In this document: positions 7,816 to 14,588 of the stretch, piece by piece
How the letters are laid out: every line of letters begins with the position of its first letter
Numbering within the stretch: position 1 is the first letter of the stretch
DNA from: a virus
Reading direction: 5' to 3' (one strand)
Virus genome (UHGV): UHGV-1840666
DNA: 14,588 nucleotides
Made by a program: the position numbers and the translations under genes
Notes under the pieces: model-generated
Databases searched by the model: none
Told to the model about the DNA's origin: nothing
What the model saw: the letters and a program-made list of their open reading frames with translations, nothing else

Positions 7816-8619
7816 GGTTGAAGTTATCACTCCTGATAAACCTGAAATTTTTCAGATAGCAGAAATTCTGGGTATTGATCCAGATGCTGTTCTTGGAAAG
7901 CTGGTTCGTATATGGGCATGGGCTGACCAGCAAACAATAGACGGTAACGCTGGCAGCGTTACAAAAGGAGTACTTGATAGACTCGCTTTTATTACAGGAT
8001 TTGCTGACGCCCTCATTAGCGTCGGATGGCTTGCTTATCATGACGGCAAACTAATTCTTCCAAACTTTGAGCGACACAATGGAGAATCATCGAAAAAACG
8101 TGCACTTACGAATAGAAGAGTGGCAGAGCATCGAAAACGAGTAACGCAAAAATAACGCCAACAGCGTTACAAAAGGAGTTACCAGAGGAAGAGGAAGATA
8201 TATATAAAACCCCACACATAGCGCACGTGCGCGAGGGTGCTCCGACCAGTGAAGCGAACGGTATGCCGTTGCAGGTGGCTGAACCTGAATTTCTGGATGG
8301 CCTGAGTGAACCCATCGGGAAATTTCCGATGACCGATGGCCGGCATCCGTCGCCGGATTTTCGACGGCGTGCTGCGCTGTGGGGAACGGCCCTGCCGGAA
8401 CCGGAATTTACACCTGCTGAACTTGCTGCATTCCGGGATTACTGGATGGCTGAGGGCAAAGTGTTCACGCAGGTTCAGTGGGAACAAAAATTCGCCAGGC
8501 ACGTAAATCATATCAGGGGAAAATCAAAAAACGCCGGGAAAAGCGATGAGCTTGACTGGAATAACACTGACTGGATAGAAGGGGTGTGGGATGAAATCAA
8601 CTCCAGAACTTCTCAATGA
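7796..8619 (+). CDS. Replication initiator: replisome-organizer N-terminal domain fused to a DnaT-like C-terminal domain; frameshift near 8134-8140
   Basis: ATG 7796 with AGAGGGGA RBS. N-part MASSWIKVEVITPDKPEIFQIAEILGID...VGWLAYHDGKL. After a -1 shift the frame reads NAKITPTALQKELPEEEEDIYK... and continues ...IGKFPMTDGRHPSPDFRRRAALWGTALPEPEFTPAELAAFRDYWMAEGKVFTQVQWEQKFARHV, closely resembling the E. coli DnaT C-terminus as recalled. Confidence 0.7.
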
Positions 8620-9366
8620 GTACGATCGCTTACGTGAGCATGGTGTTGCTGTGCATGAAGAGCGGCGTGACAGCAATGGCAAAAAGGAGCATGTCGCTAG
8701 AATTTTCAATGAACTATTTGTCCAGTTACAGGCTGCATTTCCCGCAAGCGTTTCGACCATAAGGGAGCAGAACAAACTTAATGAATTCCGTAAGCAATGG
8801 ATGCTTGCGTTTCTGGAGAATGGGATCACTACAATGGAACAGGTTAACGCTGGTATGCGCCACGCCCGCGCCAGTGAGTCTCCGTTCTGGCCGTCGCCAG
8901 GGCAATTCATCAAGTGGTGTAAAGACAGCAAGATGGTTCTTGGCGTCACCATTGACGATGTGATGGCAGAGTTTCACCGGTACAGCAAGGAAAAAAGTTT
9001 ATATCCTGGTGGTCCCGAAAGATTCCCGTGGCGGCACCCGGTTATGTACTGGGTCGTATGTGATACCCGCCGTGCAATGTATCAGCGCCAGCTTAGCGAG
9101 ATTGAGTTGAGAAACACGCGCGCAGGCTGCTCGATGATTGGGCGAAAAAGGTGGCTTCAGGACAGCAGATACCCGATCCGGTGATCAGCATACAGGCAAA
9201 GCCAGAACCCATGAGTACGCCTCCGGACACAGGGAGAGACGTTTACCATCCACCAGGGCGAAGTTTCGGGTGCATGCCTAACGCCGCCACCCTTGGGGGA
9301 ATAACACCGGCGCAGTGGCTGATGGAGGAATACAGGCGGGGAAAGGCGGCAGGATTTATCAAGTAA
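8591..9366 (+). CDS. Lambda P-like replication protein (DnaB helicase loader); frameshift near 9108-9116
   Basis: ...QWMLAFLENGITTMEQVNAGMRHARASESPFWPSPGQFIKWCKD... matches the conserved core of lambda P as recalled. The C-terminus continues in the adjacent frame (...RRLLDDWAKKVASGQQIPDPV...). Confidence 0.75.
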
Positions 9367-9371
9367 TACCA

Positions 9372-9391
9372 GCGCGATAGCGCATTTTTTT
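9372..9391 (+). terminator. Possible weak terminator after the P-like gene
   Basis: GCGC-gata-GCGC hairpin (9372-9383) followed by A then T7 (9385-9391); short stem. Confidence 0.3.
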
Positions 9392-9403
9392 ACGTCTCGA
9401 TAA

Positions 9404-9480
9404 TTACCTGTGAGGTAATAAAATATTCTAAACTCTATTGATTTCGTGTCTTATGTGGTTTTTAATTACCTCAGGGGTAA
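9404..9480 (+). promoter_or_regulatory. Second repressor-controlled promoter module driving the rightward accessory operon
   Basis: TTACCtgtgaGGTAA (9404-9418), -35 TTGATT (9438-9443), 17-bp spacer, -10 TTTAAT (9461-9466), TTACCtcaggGGTAA (9466-9480). Spacing is identical to the leftward module at 6352-6428. Confidence 0.5.
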
Positions 9481-9483
9481 ATT

Positions 9484-9827
9484 ATGAGAAAACAGATACA
9501 GGCTCTTGGTCGACTCAAAACAGGCAGATGAACAAAACAGAATCTGCGTATTGCCAGCACCTTGAGCTGCGTAAACGTGCAGGGGAAATCGCCTGGTATC
9601 GATTTGAGGGTATCAAGCTGCGATTAGCTGACAACACGTTCTATACGCCCGATTTTGCTGTGATGCTCGCCACCGGCGAGATGGAACTGCACGAAGTGAA
9701 AGGTTTCTGGACCGACGACGCCAGGGTGAAAACCAAAGTCGCCGCAGATCAGTATCCGTTCCGAATCATCGGGGTAACGGTTAAACCAAAGAAAGCAGGT
9801 GGTGGCTGGAACATCGAAGAGTTCTGA
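9484..9827 (+). CDS. Hypothetical phage protein with a GFW-DDA-V motif weakly reminiscent of RusA-type resolvases; N-terminus uncertain
   Basis: Main ORF from ATG 9528 (MNKTESAYCQHLELRKRAGEIAWYRFEGIKLRLADNTFYTPDF...GFWTDDARVKTKV...). A 15-codon ORF with a good RBS starts at 9484 and ends ATGA-overlapping 9528; this is either a coupled leader peptide or the real start displaced by a 1-bp deletion in the A-run at 9488-9492. Confidence 0.5.
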
Positions 9828-9888
9828 ATCGACGATCTTTTTAGTTATCAATGTAATCAATAAGTTATGTGGATAAGCGAGGGTAAAG

Positions 9889-10326
9889 ATGGAAAGTAAT
9901 ATCAAAGGGTTAGTTGCCGCCGGGCATGAGATGGCTTCGGAACTGAAAGCAGAATGTGGTGCCGTTGATATGCGCAGTGTGGCAAAGCTGATCAGCTATT
10001 TGGCAACGCAACTGGAAGTGCAACTGGTGCGTGCTAATGCGCTGGCTGCGGAGAATGCGCTGGCTCGTAAAGCAGTTCAGGCATTTTGCGATGTTGTTGG
10101 CGACAGCACCGAGGTTATCTGCGAGGAGATTGGGCGAGATGGCGTTCTGGTTATTTTGGAGGCAATGAAGGCAACAGGAAATATGCCAGCCACCGATGCT
10201 TTCCTGTCTGAAGTGCGGGCGCAGGGGGTAGAGATGATGCGCGAACATCCATCAATCAAACTTTGTTCTTTGACGCACATATGTGATGAGTTAGCCGCCC
10301 AGCTTCGCAAAGGAGGCAGCCAGTGA
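9889..10326 (+). CDS. Hypothetical phage protein (145 aa)
   Basis: ATG 9889 with GAGGGTAAAG RBS; intact ORF; stop overlaps the next start. Confidence 0.55.
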   Translation: MESNIKGLVAAGHEMASELKAECGAVDMRSVAKLISYLATQLEVQLVRANALAAENALARKAVQAFCDVVGDSTEVICEEIGRDGVLVILEAMKATGNMPATDAFLSEVRAQGVEMMREHPSIKLCSLTHICDELAAQLRKGGSQ

Positions 10327-10817
10327 GCGAAATTAATTACCAGGCATTGCGTGAGGCGGCAGAGAAAGCAACGTGGGGAGACTGGGACTCATATAAACCA
10401 CACCGTGGCGCACGTGGTTATGAGGTCCGACTAAGTAGTCAGGCCATTGCGCAACACGTTCTGAAAAACAACGCTGAATTTATTGCTGCCTTTAATCCAA
10501 AGGTTGCTTTGGCACTACTGGATGAACGGGAAAAAAACCAGCAATACATCAAACTCCGCGACCAGGAGAACGAGGATATTGCGCTAACGGTAGGGAAGCT
10601 GCGCGTTGAGCTTGAAGCAGAAAAACAGATGGCAAAGGTTCTATTTATGGAAAATGCTCGGCTTAAGTCAGGCATAGCCGGTCTGATACACCTCGGTATT
10701 CGATATGCAGATGTTGAGGTCATGAAAATTGCTGGAGATGCCCAGCTTTCTACTCCATGCACTGACAGCATCATAAACAGCATTGCAACAGGCATTCGCA
10801 TCAACGGAGGTGAGTAG
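10323..10817 (+). CDS. Ea22-like protein (lambda Ea22 family)
   Basis: MSEINYQALREAAEKA... and ...LLDEREKNQQYIKLRDQENEDIALTVGKLRVELEAEK... resemble lambda Ea22 as recalled; GTG start overlapping the upstream stop. Confidence 0.7.
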   Translation: MSEINYQALREAAEKATWGDWDSYKPHRGARGYEVRLSSQAIAQHVLKNNAEFIAAFNPKVALALLDEREKNQQYIKLRDQENEDIALTVGKLRVELEAEKQMAKVLFMENARLKSGIAGLIHLGIRYADVEVMKIAGDAQLSTPCTDSIINSIATGIRINGGE

Positions 10818-10993
10818 TGCGTGTGGCATGTATCGGCTTGTTACCGTACCCGACTCGTTTTTGGGCTTCTGCGCTAATTGCAAAGCCACATGTCCTGATG
10901 GCTGACAACATCATCCCGGCACCAAAGCGCCGCCATACCGGTATTGCAGCGGCACGACGAGCAGCAAAGAGACGCAGGAGAGCAAAGCGATGA
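10817..10993 (+). CDS. Possible small protein with Arg-rich C-terminus (58 aa)
   Basis: GTG 10817 overlapping the Ea22-like stop; ...HTGIAAARRAAKRRRRAKR; stop overlaps the next ATG. Could instead be a frameshifted extension of the Ea22-like gene. Confidence 0.25.
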   Translation: MRVACIGLLPYPTRFWASALIAKPHVLMADNIIPAPKRRHTGIAAARRAAKRRRRAKR

Positions 10994-11167
10994 AAAACCG
11001 TAAGGCAAAACGACTTTTTTTTACAGCGACCTGTGCGTGTGGTGGAGCTGGTTATTAGCAACCATAAGATAGCGGTACTCCATCCATTTGGTCAGGTGGC
11101 TTTTGCCGCAAAGCGTAAGCCTACTGCGTCACAGAACAGGCGGAAGAAAGGGTACGCTGTAAGATGA
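10990..11167 (+). CDS. Small basic hypothetical protein, paralog A (MKNRKAK...); frameshifted in a T8 run (11015-11022)
   Basis: ATG 10990. Read with T7 instead of T8 the ORF gives MKNRKAKRLFLQRPVRVVELVISNHKIAVLHPFGQVAFAAKRKPTASQNRRKKGYAVR, ending ATGA-overlapped with paralog B and resembling it at both ends. Confidence 0.3.
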
Positions 11168-11352
11168 AAAACCGTAAAGCAAAGATTCTGTTAGTTCGTA
11201 GAAACGCTCCTGGCGTCTGGCAGTGGGTGAGACTCAGCAACCGACGGATGGGGTTGATGAAATATTACGGGATGATGGATTGTGGTTTTTGCAAAAAGCC
11301 CAGCGCGGCGCAAAACCGCTGGAAAAACCACTTGCGCACTAAAGGAGAGTGA
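11164..11352 (+). CDS. Small basic hypothetical protein, paralog B (62 aa)
   Basis: Track ORF MKNRKAKILLVRRNAPGVWQWVRLSNRRMGLMKYYGMMDCGFCKKPSAAQNRWKNHLRTKGE; the first 20 nt nearly repeat the start of paralog A. Confidence 0.4.
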   Translation: MKNRKAKILLVRRNAPGVWQWVRLSNRRMGLMKYYGMMDCGFCKKPSAAQNRWKNHLRTKGE

Positions 11353-11353
11353 T

Positions 11354-11867
11354 ATGGCGTTAACACACCGCGAACTCTGTCAGATTGCGTATAAGTTCCT
11401 TAAGCGCAACGGGTTCAAGGTTTGTTTCATGACCGCTTTATAGCTGTAACCAGTACCGGAGAACAGCCAGATGCTATGGGATTCAGAAATTCAGCATCAT
11501 GCCTGATAGAGGCGAAGTGTTCTCGTGCTGACTTGTTGGCAGATAGAAAAAAGCGTTTTCGTAAAAATCCATCTCTTGGAATGGGCGACTGGCGATTCTT
11601 TATTAGTGAGCGGGAATTATTTCAGTTGAGGATTTACCACCTGGCTGGGGATTACTTCACGTTGTTAACGGAAGAGTACGGAAAGTACATGGGTGGCCCA
11701 AGGGTAATTGCTGTTGGGGTAATCCTGACGATAAGCCATTTACTGGAAATAAGCAGGTTGAATGCGATTACATGTTATCTGCATTAAGGCGCATGGAGTT
11801 GAGAGGGCACCTTAATGAAATATATGACGGTGTAATTGTTAATAAGAAAGAAGGAAACGCGGCATGA
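11354..11867 (+). CDS. PD-(D/E)XK-fold nuclease-like protein (Hjc/MmcB/VRR-NUC-like); two frameshifts (near 11425-11440 and 11600-11620)
   Basis: ATG 11354 with AAGGAG RBS. MALTHRELCQIAYKFLKRNGFKVCF...IAVTSTGEQPDAMGFRNSASCLIEAKCSRADL shows E...PD...E-x-K spacing. The frame returns to ...NPDDKPFTGNKQVECDYMLSALRRMELRGHLNEIYDGVIVNKKEGNAA with the stop overlapping the next ATG. Confidence 0.5.
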
Positions 11868-12642
11868 TCACTATTACCAATAAGAAACAGTATCCCAGCG
11901 AGCAATATCTTAATGAGCTGATCACCAACATAGAGTTTGCTGCAAGGGCACCAGTTGAAGTCGTGAGAGCAATGGCAGCAGAGCTACAGAAGCGGCGCGA
12001 AGCTGATAGCGCAGAACCAGTTGCTTATATTTTCAAACATCCGGCCGGGAAATTATTCTGGGCTTTAACGGATGAAAGTAATAAAGAGCAAGCGGACGTT
12101 ATTCCTGTTTATGCCGCCCCTCCAGTGCCAGTAGTACCTGAAGAAAAACCAATGCCTAACCCTCTTAAAATGTACGCGGTCGATGCTGTTGCCGCTATTG
12201 CAGAGGTGAGAGGCTGGAACGCTGCCGCGCCGCCATGCTTCAGGCCGAACCTGTAAGTAATAGTGATGAGTTACCGCTGGACTATCTGCAAGGACACAAA
12301 GACGGCCTGGAGTGGGCTGCACAATTGGCAGAAGCCAATCATCCGCAAACAGGTGACTGGTTGTACGACGACCCAATCGATCTTGCCAGGGCGATTCGCA
12401 AAGGTCCTGATATGCCTACTGTTCAGGCTGGCAACTATCCGGTAACTCCGGATGGTTGGATAAGCTGTAGTGAGCGAATGCCCGCTCAAGATGATTGGAT
12501 TTTAATTTATTCAAAGCACGGCGAGTATATGGCAGGACAGGTACAAGGGGAATACGTGGAGTTGAGCGACGGCACTTTATCGTGGTTAGGGAACGCCTTG
12601 TACTGGATGCCTCTACCGGAACCGCCGCAGGAGGTTAATTGA
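11864..12642 (+). CDS. DUF551-domain phage protein; frameshift near 12215-12235
   Basis: C-terminal part ...DGWISCSERMPAQDDWILIYSKHGEYMAGQVQGEYVELSDGTLSWLGNALYWMPLPEPP is a typical DUF551 signature; the N-terminal ORF from ATG 11864 (AAGGAA RBS) runs into it after a -1 shift. Confidence 0.65.
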
Positions 12643-12926
12643 TGGTCTCCTTCGCGAAATATACGATTATTGACTGGATAGCATTCATTCAGGTTTTGCT
12701 CATCTGGTTTTATATGGCTTACAGGAGTGGACAGTGGATTGTCAGTGTAGCCTGTAGCAATGGATGGCGTTGGTGGAACCGAAAGAATAAAAAAGCGCTG
12801 GCCTTGGCTTCGTTTTACGAAGCATTCAATCTTAACAGTCTTCAGCCTGGTTCTGTCGTTGTAGTCACCACTCAAAGCGGCATGACGATACAAATTCACA
12901 AGCCAAAGGAGGAAGGTCGTGGCTAA
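12642..12926 (+). CDS. Hypothetical protein with N-terminal transmembrane helix (94 aa)
   Basis: ATG 12642 overlapping the upstream stop (TGATG), AGGAGG RBS 9 nt upstream; hydrophobic segment IIDWIAFIQVLLIWFYMAY. Confidence 0.45.
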   Translation: MVSFAKYTIIDWIAFIQVLLIWFYMAYRSGQWIVSVACSNGWRWWNRKNKKALALASFYEAFNLNSLQPGSVVVVTTQSGMTIQIHKPKEEGRG

Positions 12927-13203
12927 CCTGCAACTTGCCGTTAAAGGTGAATACTTCGATGCCATGATTCGCGGAGAGAAAACGGAAGAGTATCGCCTGT
13001 GTAATGACTACTGGAATAAGCGAATTATGTTCCGCGAGTATGACCGCCTGATTATCACAAAGGGATATCCGAAGCGCGACGATTCCAGCCGCAGAATTGA
13101 CGTCCCGTATGACGGATATGAAATCAAGACAATCACACATCCGCACTTCGGCGATAAACCGGTAAAGGTGTTCGCGATAAAGGTGAATATCAGCAATGAA
13201 TAA
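12919..13203 (+). CDS. ASCH-domain-like protein (94 aa)
   Basis: GTG 12919 with GGAGGAAGG RBS; ...AVKGEYFDAMIRGEKTEEYR...YDRLIITKGY...KVFAIKV fits the ASCH/PUA-like pattern. Confidence 0.5.
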   Translation: MANLQLAVKGEYFDAMIRGEKTEEYRLCNDYWNKRIMFREYDRLIITKGYPKRDDSSRRIDVPYDGYEIKTITHPHFGDKPVKVFAIKVNISNE

Positions 13204-13237
13204 CAATCCTCGCACTCGCGGGGATTTCTTTTATCTG

Positions 13238-13262
13238 AACTCGCTACGGCGAGTTTTGTTTT
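13238..13262 (+). terminator. Rho-independent terminator after the ASCH-like gene
   Basis: AACTCGC (13238-13244) / GCGAGTT (13249-13255) stem, TACG loop, then TTTTGTTTT. Confidence 0.5.
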
Positions 13263-13275
13263 ATGGAGATGATAA

Positions 13276-13443
13276 ATGCACTTCCGGGTGACAGGTGAAT
13301 GGAATGGAGAACCATTCAACAGAGTTATCGAAGCGGAGAACATCAACGACTGCTATGACCACTGGATGCTGTGGGCGCAGATAGCGCATGCAGACGTAAC
13401 CAATATTCGAATTGAAGAACTGAAAGAACACCATGCCGCCTGA
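13276..13443 (+). CDS. Small hypothetical protein (55 aa), possibly the lambda orf55 equivalent
   Basis: ATG 13276 with GGAG RBS; MHFRVTGEWNGEPFNRVIEAENINDCYDHWMLWAQIAHADVTNIRIEELKEHHAA. Below the track cutoff; the orf55 link is from memory of lambda gene order only. Confidence 0.4.
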   Translation: MHFRVTGEWNGEPFNRVIEAENINDCYDHWMLWAQIAHADVTNIRIEELKEHHAA

Positions 13444-13456
13444 TGGCGGTTTTTTA
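13435..13456 (+). terminator. Rho-independent terminator overlapping the stop of the 55-aa ORF
   Basis: GCCGCC (13435-13440) / GGCGGT (13445-13450) stem, TGAT loop, then a T-run (13450-13455). Confidence 0.5.
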
Positions 13457-13469
13457 TTGGAGACAAGAA

Positions 13470-13814
13470 ATGTCAGATTTGGCTATGAAGGTTTTGAAAT
13501 GGCAATCGACTGGCGATGTCGGCATCAGTAGCGCAACTCTTGCCTCAATCGCATGTGGACTGAAAAAGAATATCTATGGTCATAGCTTCGGTGCTCCACA
13601 TGACGCAGCCGATTTCCGGCGATGCGTTGCACTTGTTGAGCAGATTCCAGAAATCAGAGATTCATTCGACAAGGTTGCAAAGCTCGTTCCGGCATTCAAA
13701 GGCATCCTCAACGAATGGGATTCCCTCGTTGCTCTGTTGAAGTCTGAAATGAAGATACACGGAAACAAAGCACCAGAGACTTACAGAAGAATTAGCGAAC
13801 TACGCAAGGACTAA
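13470..13814 (+). CDS. Hypothetical protein (114 aa) upstream of xis
   Basis: ATG 13470 with GGAG 7 nt upstream (the track start at 13443 lies inside the terminator loop); MSDLAMKVLKWQSTGDVGISSATLASIACGLKK... Confidence 0.5.
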   Translation: MSDLAMKVLKWQSTGDVGISSATLASIACGLKKNIYGHSFGAPHDAADFRRCVALVEQIPEIRDSFDKVAKLVPAFKGILNEWDSLVALLKSEMKIHGNKAPETYRRISELRKD

Positions 13815-13929
13815 CCATGGAATCACACAGCCTCAAACCCAATGAGGCCTGTTCATTTCTCAAGATATCCAGACCTACCATTGCCGCATCAATGCGGCTT
13901 TTCTTGCGTGTAATTGCGGAGACTTTGCG

Positions 13930-14148
13930 ATGTACTTGACACTTCAGGAGTGGAACGCACGCCAGCGACGCCCAAGAAGCCTTGAAACAGTTCGTCGATG
14001 GATACGCGAGTGCAGGATATTCCCTCCTCCGGTTAAGGATGGAAGAGAGTATCTGTTCCACGAATCAGCGGTAAAGGTTGACTTAAATCGACCAGTAACA
14101 GGTAGCCTTTTGAAGAGGATCAGAAATGGGAAGAAGGCGAAGTCATGA
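13930..14148 (+). CDS. xis: Excisionase Xis (lambda type)
   Basis: 72-aa product MYLTLQEWNARQRRPRSLETVRRWIRECRIFPPPVKDGREYLFHESAVKVDLNRPVTG.LLKRIRNGKKAKS is near-identical to lambda Xis as recalled; overlaps the int start. Confidence 0.9.
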   Translation: MYLTLQEWNARQRRPRSLETVRRWIRECRIFPPPVKDGREYLFHESAVKVDLNRPVTGSLLKRIRNGKKAKS

Positions 14149-14588
14149 GCGCCGGGATTTACCCCCTAATCTTTATATAAGAAACAATGGATATTACTGC
14201 TATAGGGACCCAAGGACGGGTAAAGAGTTTGGATTAGGCCGAGACAGGAGGATAGCAATCACTGAAGCAATACAGGCCAACATTGAGTTATTTTCAGGAC
14301 ACAAACACAAGCCTCTGACAGCGAGAATCAACAGTGATAATTCTGTTACGTTACATTCATGGCTTGATCGCTACGAAAAAATCCTCGCCAACAGAGGAAT
14401 CAAGCAGAAGACACTCATAAATTACATGAGCAAAATTAAAGCAATAAGGAGGGGTCTGCCTGATGCTCCACTTGAAGACATCACCACAAAAGAAATTGCG
14501 GCAATGCTCAATGGATACATAGACGAGGGCAAGGCGGCGTCAGCAAGTTAATCAGATCAACACTGAGCGATGCATTCCGAGGGAGGCA
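14126..14588 (+). CDS. int: Lambda-type integrase Int, N-terminal part (continues beyond window); 1-bp frameshift near 14545-14548
   Basis: MGRRRSHERRDLPPNLYIRNNGYYCYRDPRTGKEFGLGRDRRIAITEAIQANIELFSGHKHKPLTARINSD... matches the lambda Int N-terminus as recalled. The ORF stops at ...GKAASAS while the +1 frame continues KLIRSTLSDAF..., which is the known lambda continuation. Confidence 0.9.

Noticed and set aside
8106-8977. Minus-strand ORFs 8106-8315, 8179-8511, 8524-8952 and 8726-8977
   Set aside because: Antisense to the DnaT-like and P-like coding regions, which have strong family matches; compositionally atypical products.
10801-11061. Minus-strand 86-aa ORF
   Set aside because: Overlaps a chain of translationally coupled plus-strand small genes; no RBS; Arg-rich product is the mirror of plus-strand coding.
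13792-14061. Minus-strand ORF 13792-14061 antisense to xis, and a 40-codon plus ORF at 13817-13939
   Set aside because: xis is near-identical to lambda Xis, so the antisense ORF is spurious. The short plus ORF overlaps the xis start and has no RBS; its HTH-like motif is too weak to call.
1-14588. CRISPR arrays, tRNA/rRNA genes, IS elements
   Set aside because: No regularly spaced direct repeats, no cloverleaf-like tRNA candidates, and no transposase ORFs or terminal inverted repeats were seen.

Overview
This window reads as a lambdoid (lambda-like) prophage or phage segment from an enterobacterial genome, with no rRNA, tRNA or CRISPR. From left to right: the 3-prime end of a host-like gene resembling guaA with its terminator; a P4-type tyrosine integrase (+); a leftward early operon on the minus strand (RecE-like exonuclease, RecT, AlpA-like regulator, small membrane peptide, DGQHR/DndB-like protein, MT-A70 Dam-like methyltransferase); an immunity region (tandem-HTH repressor with no S24 peptidase domain, Cro-like gene, a TTACC-N5-GGTAA operator family, tR1-like terminator); a replication module (initiator with replisome-organizer N-domain and DnaT-like C-domain, lambda P-like helicase loader); and a rightward accessory operon (Ea22-like, PD-(D/E)XK nuclease, DUF551, ASCH) ending in near-canonical lambda xis and the N-terminus of lambda int at the window edge. 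At least ten genes are broken by single-base indels, most at short homopolymer runs, including lambda int whose protein sequence is well known, so these are more likely sequencing/assembly errors than true pseudogenes. The most interesting candidates are the DGQHR-methyltransferase module, the duplicated repressor-controlled promoter modules, the repressor lacking a protease domain, and the two different integrase modules in one element. All protein assignments are from recalled family signatures and memory of lambda/E. coli proteins; nothing was searched or computed.
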